From Candidatus Omnitrophota bacterium (lineage in GTDB: Bacteria > Omnitrophota > Omnitrophia > Omnitrophales > JACQLI01): a stretch of DNA of 64,000 bases. The notes beneath the pieces are model-generated. The model made no database searches, was not told the origin of the DNA, and was given only the letters and a program-made list of their open reading frames with translations. Within the stretch, counting starts at the first letter, position 1. The number at the start of each line of letters is the position of its first letter. Positions 30,240-39,495 of the stretch are shown piece by piece. The translations under genes were made by a program, and so were the position numbers. The stretch covers positions 34,103 to 98,102 of the forward strand of contig JACPCP010000008.1 in assembly GCA_016179745.1 (NCBI GenBank). The letters are read 5' to 3'.

Positions 30240-31505
30240 TCAGCGGACGGAGGCAGCGGCACGCTGCCGTTTGAGATAGTGGTCAAAAATCAGGCGGGCG
30301 AGCGCTTCCGGGTCGTGTCTCACCTGGCCGTCCGCCTTGAGGAGCTCCCCTTCAATCACCCGGTATCCCTTCTCACGGATCAGGTCCAGGTCCAGCTTCA
30401 CGAGGCCGGCCCCCCTCTCTTGATACTTCGCCACAATGGCCGGGGGCACGGAATTGACATTCACGATGCAAACATCCACCAAACGGGGATCGGTATGCTC
30501 CACCAGGGTCCGCAAATGATCGTAGGCGCTGAAGCCGTCGGTCTCTCCCGGCTGGGTCATGATGTTGATGACAAAAACCTTGTAGGCTTCGCTCTGAAGG
30601 AGGGCCTCCCGGATTTCTTCGATCAGAAGATTCGGGAGAATGCTCGTGTAGAGGCTGCCCGGTCCCATAACAATGAGGTCTGCGTTTCCGATGGCATCCA
30701 AAGCCTCCGGGGTCGCACGGCATTCCTTGGGTTTTAAGCGAATCGCTCTGAGCGGCTTATGTTCGTCGGTGATGTTGGTTTCTCCCTCGGCCACCGACCC
30801 GTCCATAAATTCCCCCACAAGGGTCACCTTTTCCAGGCTGGAGGGCAGCACCCTCCCCCGAATGGCCAGAACCTTGCTCGAGGCCCGAATGGCCTTCTCA
30901 AAATCCCCGGTGACTTTCGAAAGGGCCGTGATGAAAAGGTTACCGAAGCTGTGTCCGTGAAGGCCGTTGCCTTCTTCGAACCGGTATTGGAAAAGATTTC
31001 GAATCAAGGGTTCGGCATCAGCCAGGGCCACCAGGCAGTTACGAATATCCCCGGGCGGCAGGACGTCCATTTCATCCCGGAGGCGGCCCGAACTCCCGCC
31101 CGTGTCCGTCACCGTCACGATGGCCGTAATGTTATTGGTCATGAGTTTGACGCCTTGTAAAAGGGTGCTGAGACCCGTCCCCCCTCCCAGCACCACGGCC
31201 CGGGGACCCCGGGACAGGGATTCGATCTGTCGCTTTTGGTAAACCAGGTCCACCAAAGGGTCTTCCTGGTAGGGAGACACCAGGGTCCGGACGAAAATCC
31301 GAACCATGTTCCGAATGCCCATATAGACAAGGAAGATTCCGAAAATCAGAAGGGCCGTGGCAAAGGCCCCGAGAAGGATGCTCTTGTGGGTAATGATCTT
31401 GACGGCAAAAAGGGCGACCGCCACGATCAAACCGAGCCCCAGGGCGCACAGGATAATCCAGCGCTTGATGCCGAGCCCGGGGTAAAGCCACTTGAAGAAT
31501 TGCAT
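30240..31505 (-). CDS. yvcK: YvcK/CofD-family gluconeogenesis-factor-like protein with N-terminal membrane anchor
   Basis: 421 aa. The core has VVLGGGTGLSTLLQGVK and DLIVMGPGSLYTSILPNL (UPF0052/YvcK). The first ~95 aa contain three hydrophobic helices. Confidence 0.85.
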   Translation of the reverse strand: MQFFKWLYPGLGIKRWIILCALGLGLIVAVALFAVKIITHKSILLGAFATALLIFGIFLVYMGIRNMVRIFVRTLVSPYQEDPLVDLVYQKRQIESLSRGPRAVVLGGGTGLSTLLQGVKLMTNNITAIVTVTDTGGSSGRLRDEMDVLPPGDIRNCLVALADAEPLIRNLFQYRFEEGNGLHGHSFGNLFITALSKVTGDFEKAIRASSKVLAIRGRVLPSSLEKVTLVGEFMDGSVAEGETNITDEHKPLRAIRLKPKECRATPEALDAIGNADLIVMGPGSLYTSILPNLLIEEIREALLQSEAYKVFVINIMTQPGETDGFSAYDHLRTLVEHTDPRLVDVCIVNVNSVPPAIVAKYQERGAGLVKLDLDLIREKGYRVIEGELLKADGQVRHDPEALARLIFDHYLKRQRAAASVR

Positions 31506-31519
31506 GGATTCCGTCTCCC

Positions 31520-31987
31520 TCAGTGCTTTTTCTCTTCTTCGTTTTTGATCAATTGATGCAGCTCGTCGGCCGATTGACAGCGCTTGATCAATTCACAAAA
31601 ATAGCTGTCCCGGAGAAGCCGGGAAATCCGGGCCAGGGCCTTCAGGTGAGGCCCGGCCGTGTCCTTGGGCGCCACAAGGAGGAAAAAGATGTAGACCGCC
31701 TCCCCATCCAGGGCGTCAAAATTGACACCCTTCCGGCTGACCCCCAGGACCGCCACCAATTCCTTCACCCGGTCCGTCTTGCCGTGCGGGATGGCGATGC
31801 CTTGGCCGATCCCGGTCGACCCCAAACTTTCACGTTCCATCAGCGCTTTCAAAATTTCTTTACGGTCTCCGATGTCCTTCACGGAAGCCAGGACATCCAC
31901 CAGTTCCTGCAAGGCCTCCGGTTTGGTCGTTGCCTTGAGTCCGATCTTGATGGCCTCTGGACTGAGAAATTCGGTGATCTTCGTCAT
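31520..31987 (-). CDS. ptsN: PTS IIA-like nitrogen regulatory protein (EIIA-Ntr)
   Basis: 155 aa. GIGQGIAIPHGKTD (phosphorylatable His) and the fructose/mannitol-type EIIA fold pattern. Located between hpf and yvcK. Confidence 0.88.
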   Translation of the reverse strand: MTKITEFLSPEAIKIGLKATTKPEALQELVDVLASVKDIGDRKEILKALMERESLGSTGIGQGIAIPHGKTDRVKELVAVLGVSRKGVNFDALDGEAVYIFFLLVAPKDTAGPHLKALARISRLLRDSYFCELIKRCQSADELHQLIKNEEEKKH

Positions 31988-32301
31988 TCGCCTTTCCCCC
32001 TTTTGTCTAAATGGTGTCCCTTCAACTTTTCACGAAACTTTTTAAGTTGGACAGCAACCCGGTCACACGCCTGATCGATCGCCGTCAACAAACTTTCCTT
32101 GTCCCGGCCCTCCCCGTAAAGATAGAGATGGCCCCCCAACAAGGTCACTTCCGCCACGTAGAGATATTTTTCCTTCTTGAGAATGACGTGCGACTCCACG
32201 AGCCGGGAAGAATATTTCTCAAACTTCCCAACCTTCTCGAAGACCCAGCTTTTGATCCTTTCCGTGGCGGAAAGGTTTTTGGCCGTAATGTGAATCTCCA
32301 T
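31984..32301 (-). CDS. hpf: Ribosome hibernation promoting factor (short HPF/RaiA type)
   Basis: From ATG 32301: MEIHITAKNLSATERIKSWVFEKVGKFEKYSSRLVESHVILKKEKYLYVAEVTL. The start lies 4 nt after the lptB stop, so the longer track ORF is rejected. Confidence 0.9.
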   Translation of the reverse strand: MEIHITAKNLSATERIKSWVFEKVGKFEKYSSRLVESHVILKKEKYLYVAEVTLLGGHLYLYGEGRDKESLLTAIDQACDRVAVQLKKFREKLKGHHLDKRGKGE

Positions 32302-32305
32302 AAGA

Positions 32306-33058
32306 TTAAGCCAGCGTAAAACGCTCTCCCAGATAAATTTGCCGGGCCCGGCGGTCGGTCGCCAGAAACTGGGAGGACCCGGACACCTCGATCCTTCCCT
32401 CATTCATAATGTAAGCCCGGTCCGTGATCGAGAGGGTCTCCCGGACACTGTGATCGGTCAAAAGGATGCTCAGGCCCTGACGCTTGAGTTTGGTCAAAAT
32501 CTTCTGCACTTCAAAAACGGCAATCGGGTCCACCCCGCTGAAGGGTTCATCCAACAGGATGAGCGAAGGGTTCGTCACAAGGGCCCGTGTCAACTCCAGC
32601 CGCCGCCGCTCGCCGCCGGAGAGGGTGTAGGCCTTGTTCTTCGCCAGGTAGGCGATGTCGAGTTCATTCAAAAGCCGGCCGAGCCGGGCCTCCCGCTCCG
32701 CAGGGGTAATGTCGAGCGTCTCCAAAATGGCAAGGATATTCTCCTCAACCGTCAGCTTGCGAAAGATCGAAGGCTCCTGAGAAAGGTATCCGATCCCGAG
32801 ACGGGCCCGCTGATACATGGCGAGCCCCGTAATGTCTTCGCCTCGAAAATAGATGTGACCGCTGTCGGGCTTGATCACCCCGACCGACATGTAGAAGGTC
32901 GTGGTCTTTCCCGCCCCGTTGGGGCCGAGGAGGCCCACGATCTCCCCCCGAAAGACATTGATGGAAACCCGGTTTACGACCGTCCTTCCCCGGTAACTTT
33001 TCAGGAGCTGCCGGCTCTCCAGGAGGGGGGTCCCCGAAAGATTAGAAGCCGGTTTCAA
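32306..33058 (-). CDS. lptB: LPS export ABC transporter ATP-binding protein
   Basis: 250 aa. GLLGPNGAGKTTTFYM, LSGGERRRLELTRAL and LLDEPFSGVDP, with the LptB-type C-terminus. Confidence 0.93.
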   Translation of the reverse strand: MKPASNLSGTPLLESRQLLKSYRGRTVVNRVSINVFRGEIVGLLGPNGAGKTTTFYMSVGVIKPDSGHIYFRGEDITGLAMYQRARLGIGYLSQEPSIFRKLTVEENILAILETLDITPAEREARLGRLLNELDIAYLAKNKAYTLSGGERRRLELTRALVTNPSLILLDEPFSGVDPIAVFEVQKILTKLKRQGLSILLTDHSVRETLSITDRAYIMNEGRIEVSGSSQFLATDRRARQIYLGERFTLA

Positions 33059-33926
33059 CGGATTTCGTCCCTTCCTTGTAAAGCGCCTCGGCGTCGCCTC
33101 CCAAAATGATTCTCCCCTCTTCCGCCAGGTAAATGACGTTGTCGCTCAAGGTCTGGTGGCCGTCGGGGTTGTCGACGACCACGTTTCCCATCGCCACCAT
33201 CTTTGAAACCCGGCGGGTTTCCTTATTGTAATAAACATCCATCACATCGGCACGAATTTTTCCCCGCTCATCCACGGCCAGCACATTCTCAGTAAACCGG
33301 GCAAGGTTCTCGTCATAATTGACCACGAGGGGACCGTCGCAGGTAATCACGGTGGGGGTCTTGGATTCGGACTCCGGATTTTTCACGATGACCGTCACGT
33401 TCTTTTTGAATTTCACCTTTTTGAGCCGGCTGTCGCCCTGGGCCCCCGTTCCCTCCACATTGATGTTGTCCCGCTTCACCTCCGCCTCCAGGGCCGTGTC
33501 CAAAATCTTTTTCGCCGGAAAGATGTCCAGGGCCTCGGTCAGAAGACGGGTGCCGGTCTCTGTGGTAGCGACCACATTTTTTTCGAGACGGACCCTGCTG
33601 GTGGCCTTGTCGATTTCTCCGGTGTCAGCCGTGATCGTCACGGGGGACTCCTCGGCATAGGCCTTGGCAATGACATTTTTCAGGATCACGTTGCGGGCAA
33701 AGACATCGGCCGAGTCGCCTTCGATTTCAATCTCTTTGTCGCCGGCCGTGGTGTATTTGGAAAAAGAAAAGCTGTAGACCCGGTGGAAGGGGTCTTCGAT
33801 CTCCGGCCCCGGGACCGCCGAACCGCCCCGGGCCTCACGCCGCTCACTCAAAAAAAGCTGGAGCTGGATAATGCCTATGTAAAAAATGATCAGGGCCGCC
33901 GTCATCACCAAAAACCGTTTGATCAT
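33042..33926 (-). CDS. Membrane-anchored LptC/LptA-like (OstA-fold) LPS transport protein
   Basis: From ATG 33926 (ATGA overlap with the upstream stop): MIKRFLVMTAALIIFYIGII is a TM anchor. About 270 aa of beta-rich sequence follow, with two OstA-like stretches (VILKNVIAKAY...ITADTGEID and ITCDGPLVVNYDEN...VMDVYYNKETRRVSKMVAMGNVVV). Immediately upstream of lptB. Confidence 0.7.
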   Translation of the reverse strand: MIKRFLVMTAALIIFYIGIIQLQLFLSERREARGGSAVPGPEIEDPFHRVYSFSFSKYTTAGDKEIEIEGDSADVFARNVILKNVIAKAYAEESPVTITADTGEIDKATSRVRLEKNVVATTETGTRLLTEALDIFPAKKILDTALEAEVKRDNINVEGTGAQGDSRLKKVKFKKNVTVIVKNPESESKTPTVITCDGPLVVNYDENLARFTENVLAVDERGKIRADVMDVYYNKETRRVSKMVAMGNVVVDNPDGHQTLSDNVIYLAEEGRIILGGDAEALYKEGTKSVETGF

Positions 33927-34846
33927 GACACGGCCCCCAGGGCTGAAACTTCCTCCGGCTTTTGGGTCTTCCACCGGCGGTGCATCCAGGCCCATTGATC
34001 GGGGTAGGCCCGGATTTTTTCTTCCATCACTCGAGACCAGCGTTCGGTGTATTCCCGAAGGGCCTCCTCCCGGGTGGTCTTGATTTCAACCCGGATCGGC
34101 TCCTCCACGAGCAGGCGGTAACGATCCCCTTCCCGGACGAGAAAGGTCGGGACGAGCGGGGCCCCGCTCGCCAGGGCCAGTTTCACCGGGGCCGTCATCG
34201 TGTAGGCGGGCCGGCCGAAGAACGGGACAAAAATGCCGTCCGCCCAGTCCAAATCCTGGTCCGCCAAAAGTCCCAGGATCTCATTCCGGCGAAGGACTTC
34301 CAGATATTCTCTCGGAGAGGCGTCCTGATAGAGCGTCTTCAACATCGCCTTTTTTCTCAGACGAAGAATCATTTGATTGAATTTCTCATAGTAAAGGCGC
34401 CGGCCCACCACGGTCCCGGGAAATCCGTTGAAGCAGAAAAGGGCGCCCATGAGTTCCCAATTCCCCAAGTGGCCCGTCAGAAGGATCACACCGTTTCCCT
34501 CGGCAAGAAGACGCCGATACGTCTCAAATCCGTCTCCCACTTCCACGAGACGGTTCAATGCCTCACGATCCAGTTTCGGCAGACGAAGCACCTCTACGGC
34601 CGTTTCGGCAAAATGGATGAAGACCCGCTCTCCCAATTTTTTGATTTCCCCCGGGCTTTTCTCCCCGCCATACGCCCTCGTCAGGTGTTCCAGGGTCTTA
34701 TTCCGCTCCCGGCGGGCCAGGGCAAAGGCCGCCCGGCCGACCCTCCGGGCCAACGAGAGCGAAAAGTTCCGTGGCAGACAGAGCACGACGGCTTGAAACA
34801 GCCGGAGCATCAAATAAAGAGGATACCGGTAAGGCTTGTAACGCAT
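33923..34846 (-). CDS. Lipid A biosynthesis late acyltransferase (LpxL/HtrB family)
   Basis: 307 aa. N-terminal hydrophobic anchor, the catalytic LLTGHLGNWEL (H-x4-E) and the C-terminal YPDQWAWMHRRWK typical of the family. Confidence 0.85.
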   Translation of the reverse strand: MRYKPYRYPLYLMLRLFQAVVLCLPRNFSLSLARRVGRAAFALARRERNKTLEHLTRAYGGEKSPGEIKKLGERVFIHFAETAVEVLRLPKLDREALNRLVEVGDGFETYRRLLAEGNGVILLTGHLGNWELMGALFCFNGFPGTVVGRRLYYEKFNQMILRLRKKAMLKTLYQDASPREYLEVLRRNEILGLLADQDLDWADGIFVPFFGRPAYTMTAPVKLALASGAPLVPTFLVREGDRYRLLVEEPIRVEIKTTREEALREYTERWSRVMEEKIRAYPDQWAWMHRRWKTQKPEEVSALGAVS

Positions 34847-35829
34847 CAGACAAACCCGGCCTTGAGGAGGTCTTGAATATCGAGGAGCCCGACCGCTCTC
34901 CCCCGGCGGTCCACCACGGGAAGTTCATCGATCTTTTTCTCCCGAATCAGGTGGAGCGCCTCGGCGGCGAGCCGGTCCTCGTGGATCACGAGCGGTTTCA
35001 AGGTCGCAAATTCCCGAATGGGCCGCAGCAAAATTTTTTCCCCCTTCTCCCGAAGGCGGCGCCGGAGGTCGCCGTCGGTAAAAATTCCAACGAGCTTCCG
35101 GGAACCGTCCACGACCGTGCAGCTTCCGGCCCGGGCCCGGGTAATCGCAAAGAGGGCCTTTTGGATCAGGGTCTCCTCCCGGACCACGGGAACCTGGCGG
35201 CCGGTCCGCATCAGGTCTTTCACCTTCAAAAGTTTCCGCCCCAAATTCCCGCCGGGGTGGAGCTGGGCAAAATCCTCCTCCCGGAATCCCTTTTTCTTGA
35301 GAAGGGTGAGGGCCAGGGCGTCCCCCATCGCAAGCGCCACGGCCGTCGAGGTGGAAGGCGCCAGGCCGAGCGGGCAGGCCTCCCGGTCAATCGAAATGTC
35401 CAGCACCACGTCGGCATTGCGGGCCAGGGTGGAGCGGGGATTTCCGGTCAGGGCAATCATCTTGACGCCGAGTTTCTTAAAGGGGGAAAGGAGCCGGATG
35501 ATTTCCTCCGTCTCGCCGCTGTGGGAGAAGACCATCACCAGGTCCTCGCCGGTCACCATCCCGAGATCGCCGTGAAAGGCCTCGGCCGGGTGGAGATAAA
35601 GACTCGGCGTTCCCGTAGAAGCCAGGGTGGCCGAGATCTTCCGCCCAATGAAACCGGTCTTTCCCATTCCGGTCACAATGACCCGGCCGGAACACTGGTA
35701 AAGGAGTTGGAGGGCAGATTCAAAATTTTTTCCGATCCGGGGAAGGAGGCGGCGGATGGCGTCCGCCTCAATTTTAAGAATCCTCCGGGCCTCCAGGACC
35801 GTCCGGTTTTTCCGGGGCCTTTTTTTCAT
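34846..35829 (-). CDS. kdsD: Arabinose-5-phosphate isomerase (KpsF/GutQ/KdsD family)
   Basis: 327 aa. SIS domain (VIVTGMGKTGFIGRKISATLASTGTPS, FSHSGETEE) followed by tandem CBS domains. Confidence 0.9.
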   Translation of the reverse strand: MKKRPRKNRTVLEARRILKIEADAIRRLLPRIGKNFESALQLLYQCSGRVIVTGMGKTGFIGRKISATLASTGTPSLYLHPAEAFHGDLGMVTGEDLVMVFSHSGETEEIIRLLSPFKKLGVKMIALTGNPRSTLARNADVVLDISIDREACPLGLAPSTSTAVALAMGDALALTLLKKKGFREEDFAQLHPGGNLGRKLLKVKDLMRTGRQVPVVREETLIQKALFAITRARAGSCTVVDGSRKLVGIFTDGDLRRRLREKGEKILLRPIREFATLKPLVIHEDRLAAEALHLIREKKIDELPVVDRRGRAVGLLDIQDLLKAGFV

Positions 35830-36695
35830 TTCAAGACCCCGTCCAGAACCGGTGCCGCCCGGCGAATTTCGACGAGGACCTTCAGTAATTTCTCAAGTTG
35901 GCTGAGCACCAGCATGTTGGTCCCGTCCGAGAGGGCCCGGGCCGGGTTCTCGTGGACCTCCATGAAAAGGGCGTCGCACCCGGAAGCCACGGCGCAGCGG
36001 GCCAGTGTGGGAATGAATTCCGGCCGCCCGGCCGTGGACGTCCCCTCGCCGCCCGGGAGCTGGACCGAATGCGTGGCATCGAAGACCACGGGATAACCCC
36101 ATCCCCGCATAATGGGAATGGCCCGGAAATCGTTCACCAGGTTCTGATAACCAAAGGCAGACCCTCTTTCCGTGATCAAAATTTTCCGGGTCCCGGCCCA
36201 CTCCAGTTTATCGATGATGTTCCGGACCTCCCAGGGCGAAAGAAACTGCCCCTTCTTGACATTCACAATCCGCTTCGTCCGGCCGGCGGCCAGAATCAAG
36301 TCTGTCTGACGGCAGAGAAAGGCCGGGATCTGAAGGATGTCGAGCACCTCTTGGGCGGGGCCGATCTCCTCTCTGCAGTGGACGTCGCTCAAGACGGGAA
36401 CGCCGAATTCTTTTTTCACCCGGGCAAGGATCGCCAGGCCCTTTTTGAGGCCGGGGCCCCGGAAGGACTTCACCGAAGAGCGGTTGGCCTTGTCGTAACT
36501 CGATTTGAAGACAAAAGGAATTTTGAGGCGCCCGGCGATTTTGGAAATTTTCTCGGCGTGAGAAAACGCCATCCGCTCGCCTTCGATCACGCAGGGGCCG
36601 GCGATCAGGACAAAACTCCTCGGATCTCCAAAGCTGATCTTTCCCAGTTTGACGGTATGCATCGTGGTGGTTGGTAGAACGGGACAGGACTTCAC
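35826..36695 (-). CDS. kdsA: 3-deoxy-8-phosphooctulonate synthase
   Basis: FVLIAGPCVIEG, KSSYDKANRSS and DATHSVQLPGG are KdsA motifs. The track start is GTG 36695; ATG 36662 (MHTVKLGKISFG) is an alternative. Confidence 0.93.
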   Translation of the reverse strand: MKSCPVLPTTTMHTVKLGKISFGDPRSFVLIAGPCVIEGERMAFSHAEKISKIAGRLKIPFVFKSSYDKANRSSVKSFRGPGLKKGLAILARVKKEFGVPVLSDVHCREEIGPAQEVLDILQIPAFLCRQTDLILAAGRTKRIVNVKKGQFLSPWEVRNIIDKLEWAGTRKILITERGSAFGYQNLVNDFRAIPIMRGWGYPVVFDATHSVQLPGGEGTSTAGRPEFIPTLARCAVASGCDALFMEVHENPARALSDGTNMLVLSQLEKLLKVLVEIRRAAPVLDGVLK

Positions 36696-36721
36696 CTTCT
36701 CGTTCGAGGGAACGTCAGGGC

Positions 36722-38431
36722 CTAAGTCACCTCGCTCGCAGCCGGGGCTTCGGTCGGCTCTTTTTTGTTCTCCGCCGAAACACGATTCGGAGAATTTTCC
36801 GCCGAAGCGGCCCCGCCCGGCAGATTGTTTTCACGACGGTCGAGGGCGTGCCGGACAAACTCACGGAAGAGCGGGTGGGGCTGGTCGGGTTTGGATTTGA
36901 ATTCCGGGTGGAATTGGCTCGCCACAAACCAGGGATGGTCCTCAAGCTCCACGATCTCCACGAGCTTGCTTCCCGGCGAGAGGCCGGAGAGGCGGAGCCC
37001 TAAACGGCTGAAGGTCTCCCGGTATTTGTTATTGAATTCATAACGGTGGCGGTGGCGCTCCATCACCAGGTCGGCCTGGTAAGCCTCGTAAGCCAGCGTC
37101 TCTTTTTTGAGATGGCAGGGTAAGGCCCCGAGACGCATCGTCCCCCCCAAATCTTTGACGGACTCCTGCTCTTCCAGGAGGCTAATCACAGGGTGGGCGG
37201 TCTTTTTGTTAAACTCCGTGGAGTTGGCGCCTTTGAGCCCGGCCACGTTCCGTGCAAACTCAATCACCGCACACTGCATCCCGAGGCAGAGGCCCAGGTA
37301 GGGAATTTTATTTTCCCGGGCGTATTGAATGGCCTTGATCTTCCCTTCAATCCCCCGGGTGCCGAAACCACCCGGGACCAAAACGCCGTCGACCTCGTGG
37401 AGATGTTTGTCCGGCTTTCCCCGGTCCAGTTTTTCTGCGCTGACCTTCTTGATTTCAACCGCCGTGTCGCTCGCAATTCCGCCGTGGATCAGGGCTTCGT
37501 AGATGGATTTGTAAGCGTCCTGAAGCTGAATGTATTTTCCGACGACGGCGATTTTCACCTTGTGTTTGGGATGCAGGATTTTTTCCACCACGTCCCGCCT
37601 CCATTCGTTCAAGTCGCCAACCCGGTATTCCAGACCGAGCAGGCGTGAGATGACCCGGTCCAGCCCCTGCTCCTTGAAAATGAGCGGGACCTCATAAATG
37701 GAGGAAACATCACGGGCCTCGATCACGGCCTCCGCCTCAAGGTTGCAAAAAAGGCCGATTTTCGCCTTCAAATCCTTGGAGAGTCTTTTTTCGGTGCGGC
37801 AAAGAAGGATGTCCGGCTGAATACCGATTTCCCGCAAACGCCCGACACTGTGCTGGGTGGGTTTGGTTTTTAACTCTCCGGCCGCCCGAATAAAGGGAAC
37901 CAACGTGAGGTGAATAAAAATTGAATTTTCCCGGCCGACCTCTTGGCGGAATTGGCGCACGGCCTCCAGAAAGGGCAGGGATTCAATATCGCCCACCGTC
38001 CCCCCGACCTCAGAAATGACGATGTCGTAACGCTTGCCTTTGGAAACTTCCCGAATCCGGGTTTTGATTTCATCCGTGATGTGCGGAACCACCTGGACGG
38101 TGGCGCCGAGATATTCGCCTTTTCTTTCCTTGCTGATGACGGTGCCGTAGACTTGGCCCGTGGTCACGTTATTCACCCGGCTTAAAACCGAGGAGGTGAA
38201 ACGCTCGTAATGGCCCAGGTCCAAATCCGTCTCGGCCCCGTCCTCCGTCACGTAGACCTCGCCGTGCTGGTAGGGGTTCATGGTCCCGGGATCGACATTG
38301 AGGTAGGGGTCCAATTTTTGCAGGGCGACCTTGAGCCCCTTGGCTTCCATCAAGCGGCCGATGGAAGCGGAGGCGATCCCCTTCCCGAGGGAGGAGACCA
38401 CGCCGCCGGTGATAAAAATGTGTTTAGGCAT
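36722..38431 (-). CDS. pyrG: CTP synthase
   Basis: 569 aa. [21 protein letters not shown], and the glutamine amidotransferase domain with GLCLGMQ. It carries a low-complexity C-terminal tail of about 25 aa. Confidence 0.97.
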   Translation of the reverse strand: MPKHIFITGGVVSSLGKGIASASIGRLMEAKGLKVALQKLDPYLNVDPGTMNPYQHGEVYVTEDGAETDLDLGHYERFTSSVLSRVNNVTTGQVYGTVISKERKGEYLGATVQVVPHITDEIKTRIREVSKGKRYDIVISEVGGTVGDIESLPFLEAVRQFRQEVGRENSIFIHLTLVPFIRAAGELKTKPTQHSVGRLREIGIQPDILLCRTEKRLSKDLKAKIGLFCNLEAEAVIEARDVSSIYEVPLIFKEQGLDRVISRLLGLEYRVGDLNEWRRDVVEKILHPKHKVKIAVVGKYIQLQDAYKSIYEALIHGGIASDTAVEIKKVSAEKLDRGKPDKHLHEVDGVLVPGGFGTRGIEGKIKAIQYARENKIPYLGLCLGMQCAVIEFARNVAGLKGANSTEFNKKTAHPVISLLEEQESVKDLGGTMRLGALPCHLKKETLAYEAYQADLVMERHRHRYEFNNKYRETFSRLGLRLSGLSPGSKLVEIVELEDHPWFVASQFHPEFKSKPDQPHPLFREFVRHALDRRENNLPGGAASAENSPNRVSAENKKEPTEAPAASEVT

Positions 38432-39443
38432 AATTCAAGACCCCTTCGTTCTCGAGCGCCTGCCTCAGTTCCGACGGTTCCACGGTCGCCGTTCCAAGTT
38501 TTCCCACCACAATGCCGGCGGCCAAATTTGAAAGAATGGCCGCCTCGGTCAGGGTCGCCCCGGCCGCCAACCCCATTGCAAATACGGCGATCACCGTGTC
38601 CCCGGCGCCTGAGACATCGTAAACTTCCCGGGCCGTGGTCGGAATTTTCACCGTGGGCTGGCTCTTTTCAAAAAGGGCCATGCCCTCTTCGCCGAGGGTG
38701 ATCAAGACCGCCCGGGATTGAAGCCGCTTCAAAAGGGCCCGCCCCACTTCTTCAAGGCTCCGCTGGCGGCCATTTTGAGAACCGCCGAAGGCCTCGTAGG
38801 CCTCGGTCCGGTTGGGGGTGATGGCCGTGACCCCTTGATAAATCGGAAAGTGCATGACCTTGGGATCCACGAGAATCGGCTTCTTGTAAGCCTTGGCAAG
38901 TTTCAAAAGGGGGCGGACCAAAAAGGGTTCGATCAAGCCTTTGCCGTAATCTTCCACGATCACCGCATCGACCTCCTTGATTTTCCTCCGGGCAAATTGG
39001 AGGATCTTTCGGGCATCGGCCTGAGAAATGGGTTCGGCCTTTTCCCGGTCGAACCGGACCACCTGTTGGGAATGGGCAATCACCCGGGTCTTGATGGTCG
39101 TCGGCCGATTGGCGTCCAGGACCACGCCGCCCGTGTCGATCCCGAACTGGCGCATTTTGCGGGCGAGGAGCCTTCCCTGAAGGTCCCGGCCGACCACCCC
39201 GCAGGGAAAAACCGTTCCGCCGAGGGTTCGGATATTATTGGCCACGTTCAAGGAACCGCCGGGCAGGAATGATTCACGATTGACTTTCACGACCGGGACC
39301 GGCGCTTCGGGAGAAATGCGGGAGACTGAGCCCCAGATGAATTCATCCAGGATGAAATCACCCACGACCAAGACCTTCGTCCTGGGGAAACGCTCAAAGA
39401 GGTTCAGCAAACGTTCCGGGGTCGAGCCCGTGGTTATTTTCAT
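38424..39443 (-). CDS. rfaE1: D-glycero-beta-D-manno-heptose-7-phosphate kinase (RfaE domain I / HldA type, PfkB family)
   Basis: 339 aa. [16 protein letters not shown], and the PfkB C-terminal motif [20 protein letters not shown]. No fused adenylyltransferase domain. Confidence 0.85.
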   Translation of the reverse strand: MKITTGSTPERLLNLFERFPRTKVLVVGDFILDEFIWGSVSRISPEAPVPVVKVNRESFLPGGSLNVANNIRTLGGTVFPCGVVGRDLQGRLLARKMRQFGIDTGGVVLDANRPTTIKTRVIAHSQQVVRFDREKAEPISQADARKILQFARRKIKEVDAVIVEDYGKGLIEPFLVRPLLKLAKAYKKPILVDPKVMHFPIYQGVTAITPNRTEAYEAFGGSQNGRQRSLEEVGRALLKRLQSRAVLITLGEEGMALFEKSQPTVKIPTTAREVYDVSGAGDTVIAVFAMGLAAGATLTEAAILSNLAAGIVVGKLGTATVEPSELRQALENEGVLNYA

Positions 39444-39495
39444 AAGTCCTTGTGCTAAAAAAACTTTGGTATTTTAACACCACACCCGGCGGGTG

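Noticed and set aside
32302-32305. Search for rpoN between lptB and hpf
   Set aside because: Only 4 nt separate the two genes, and no sigma-54-like ORF exists on either strand in this locus. The absence is reported as a finding, not as a feature.
34771-36096. 441-aa plus-strand ORF, the longest plus ORF in this region
   Set aside because: It is antisense to kdsD and kdsA, which have unmistakable family motifs. Its product is Arg/Gly/Pro-rich low-complexity sequence, typical of shadow ORFs in GC-rich DNA.
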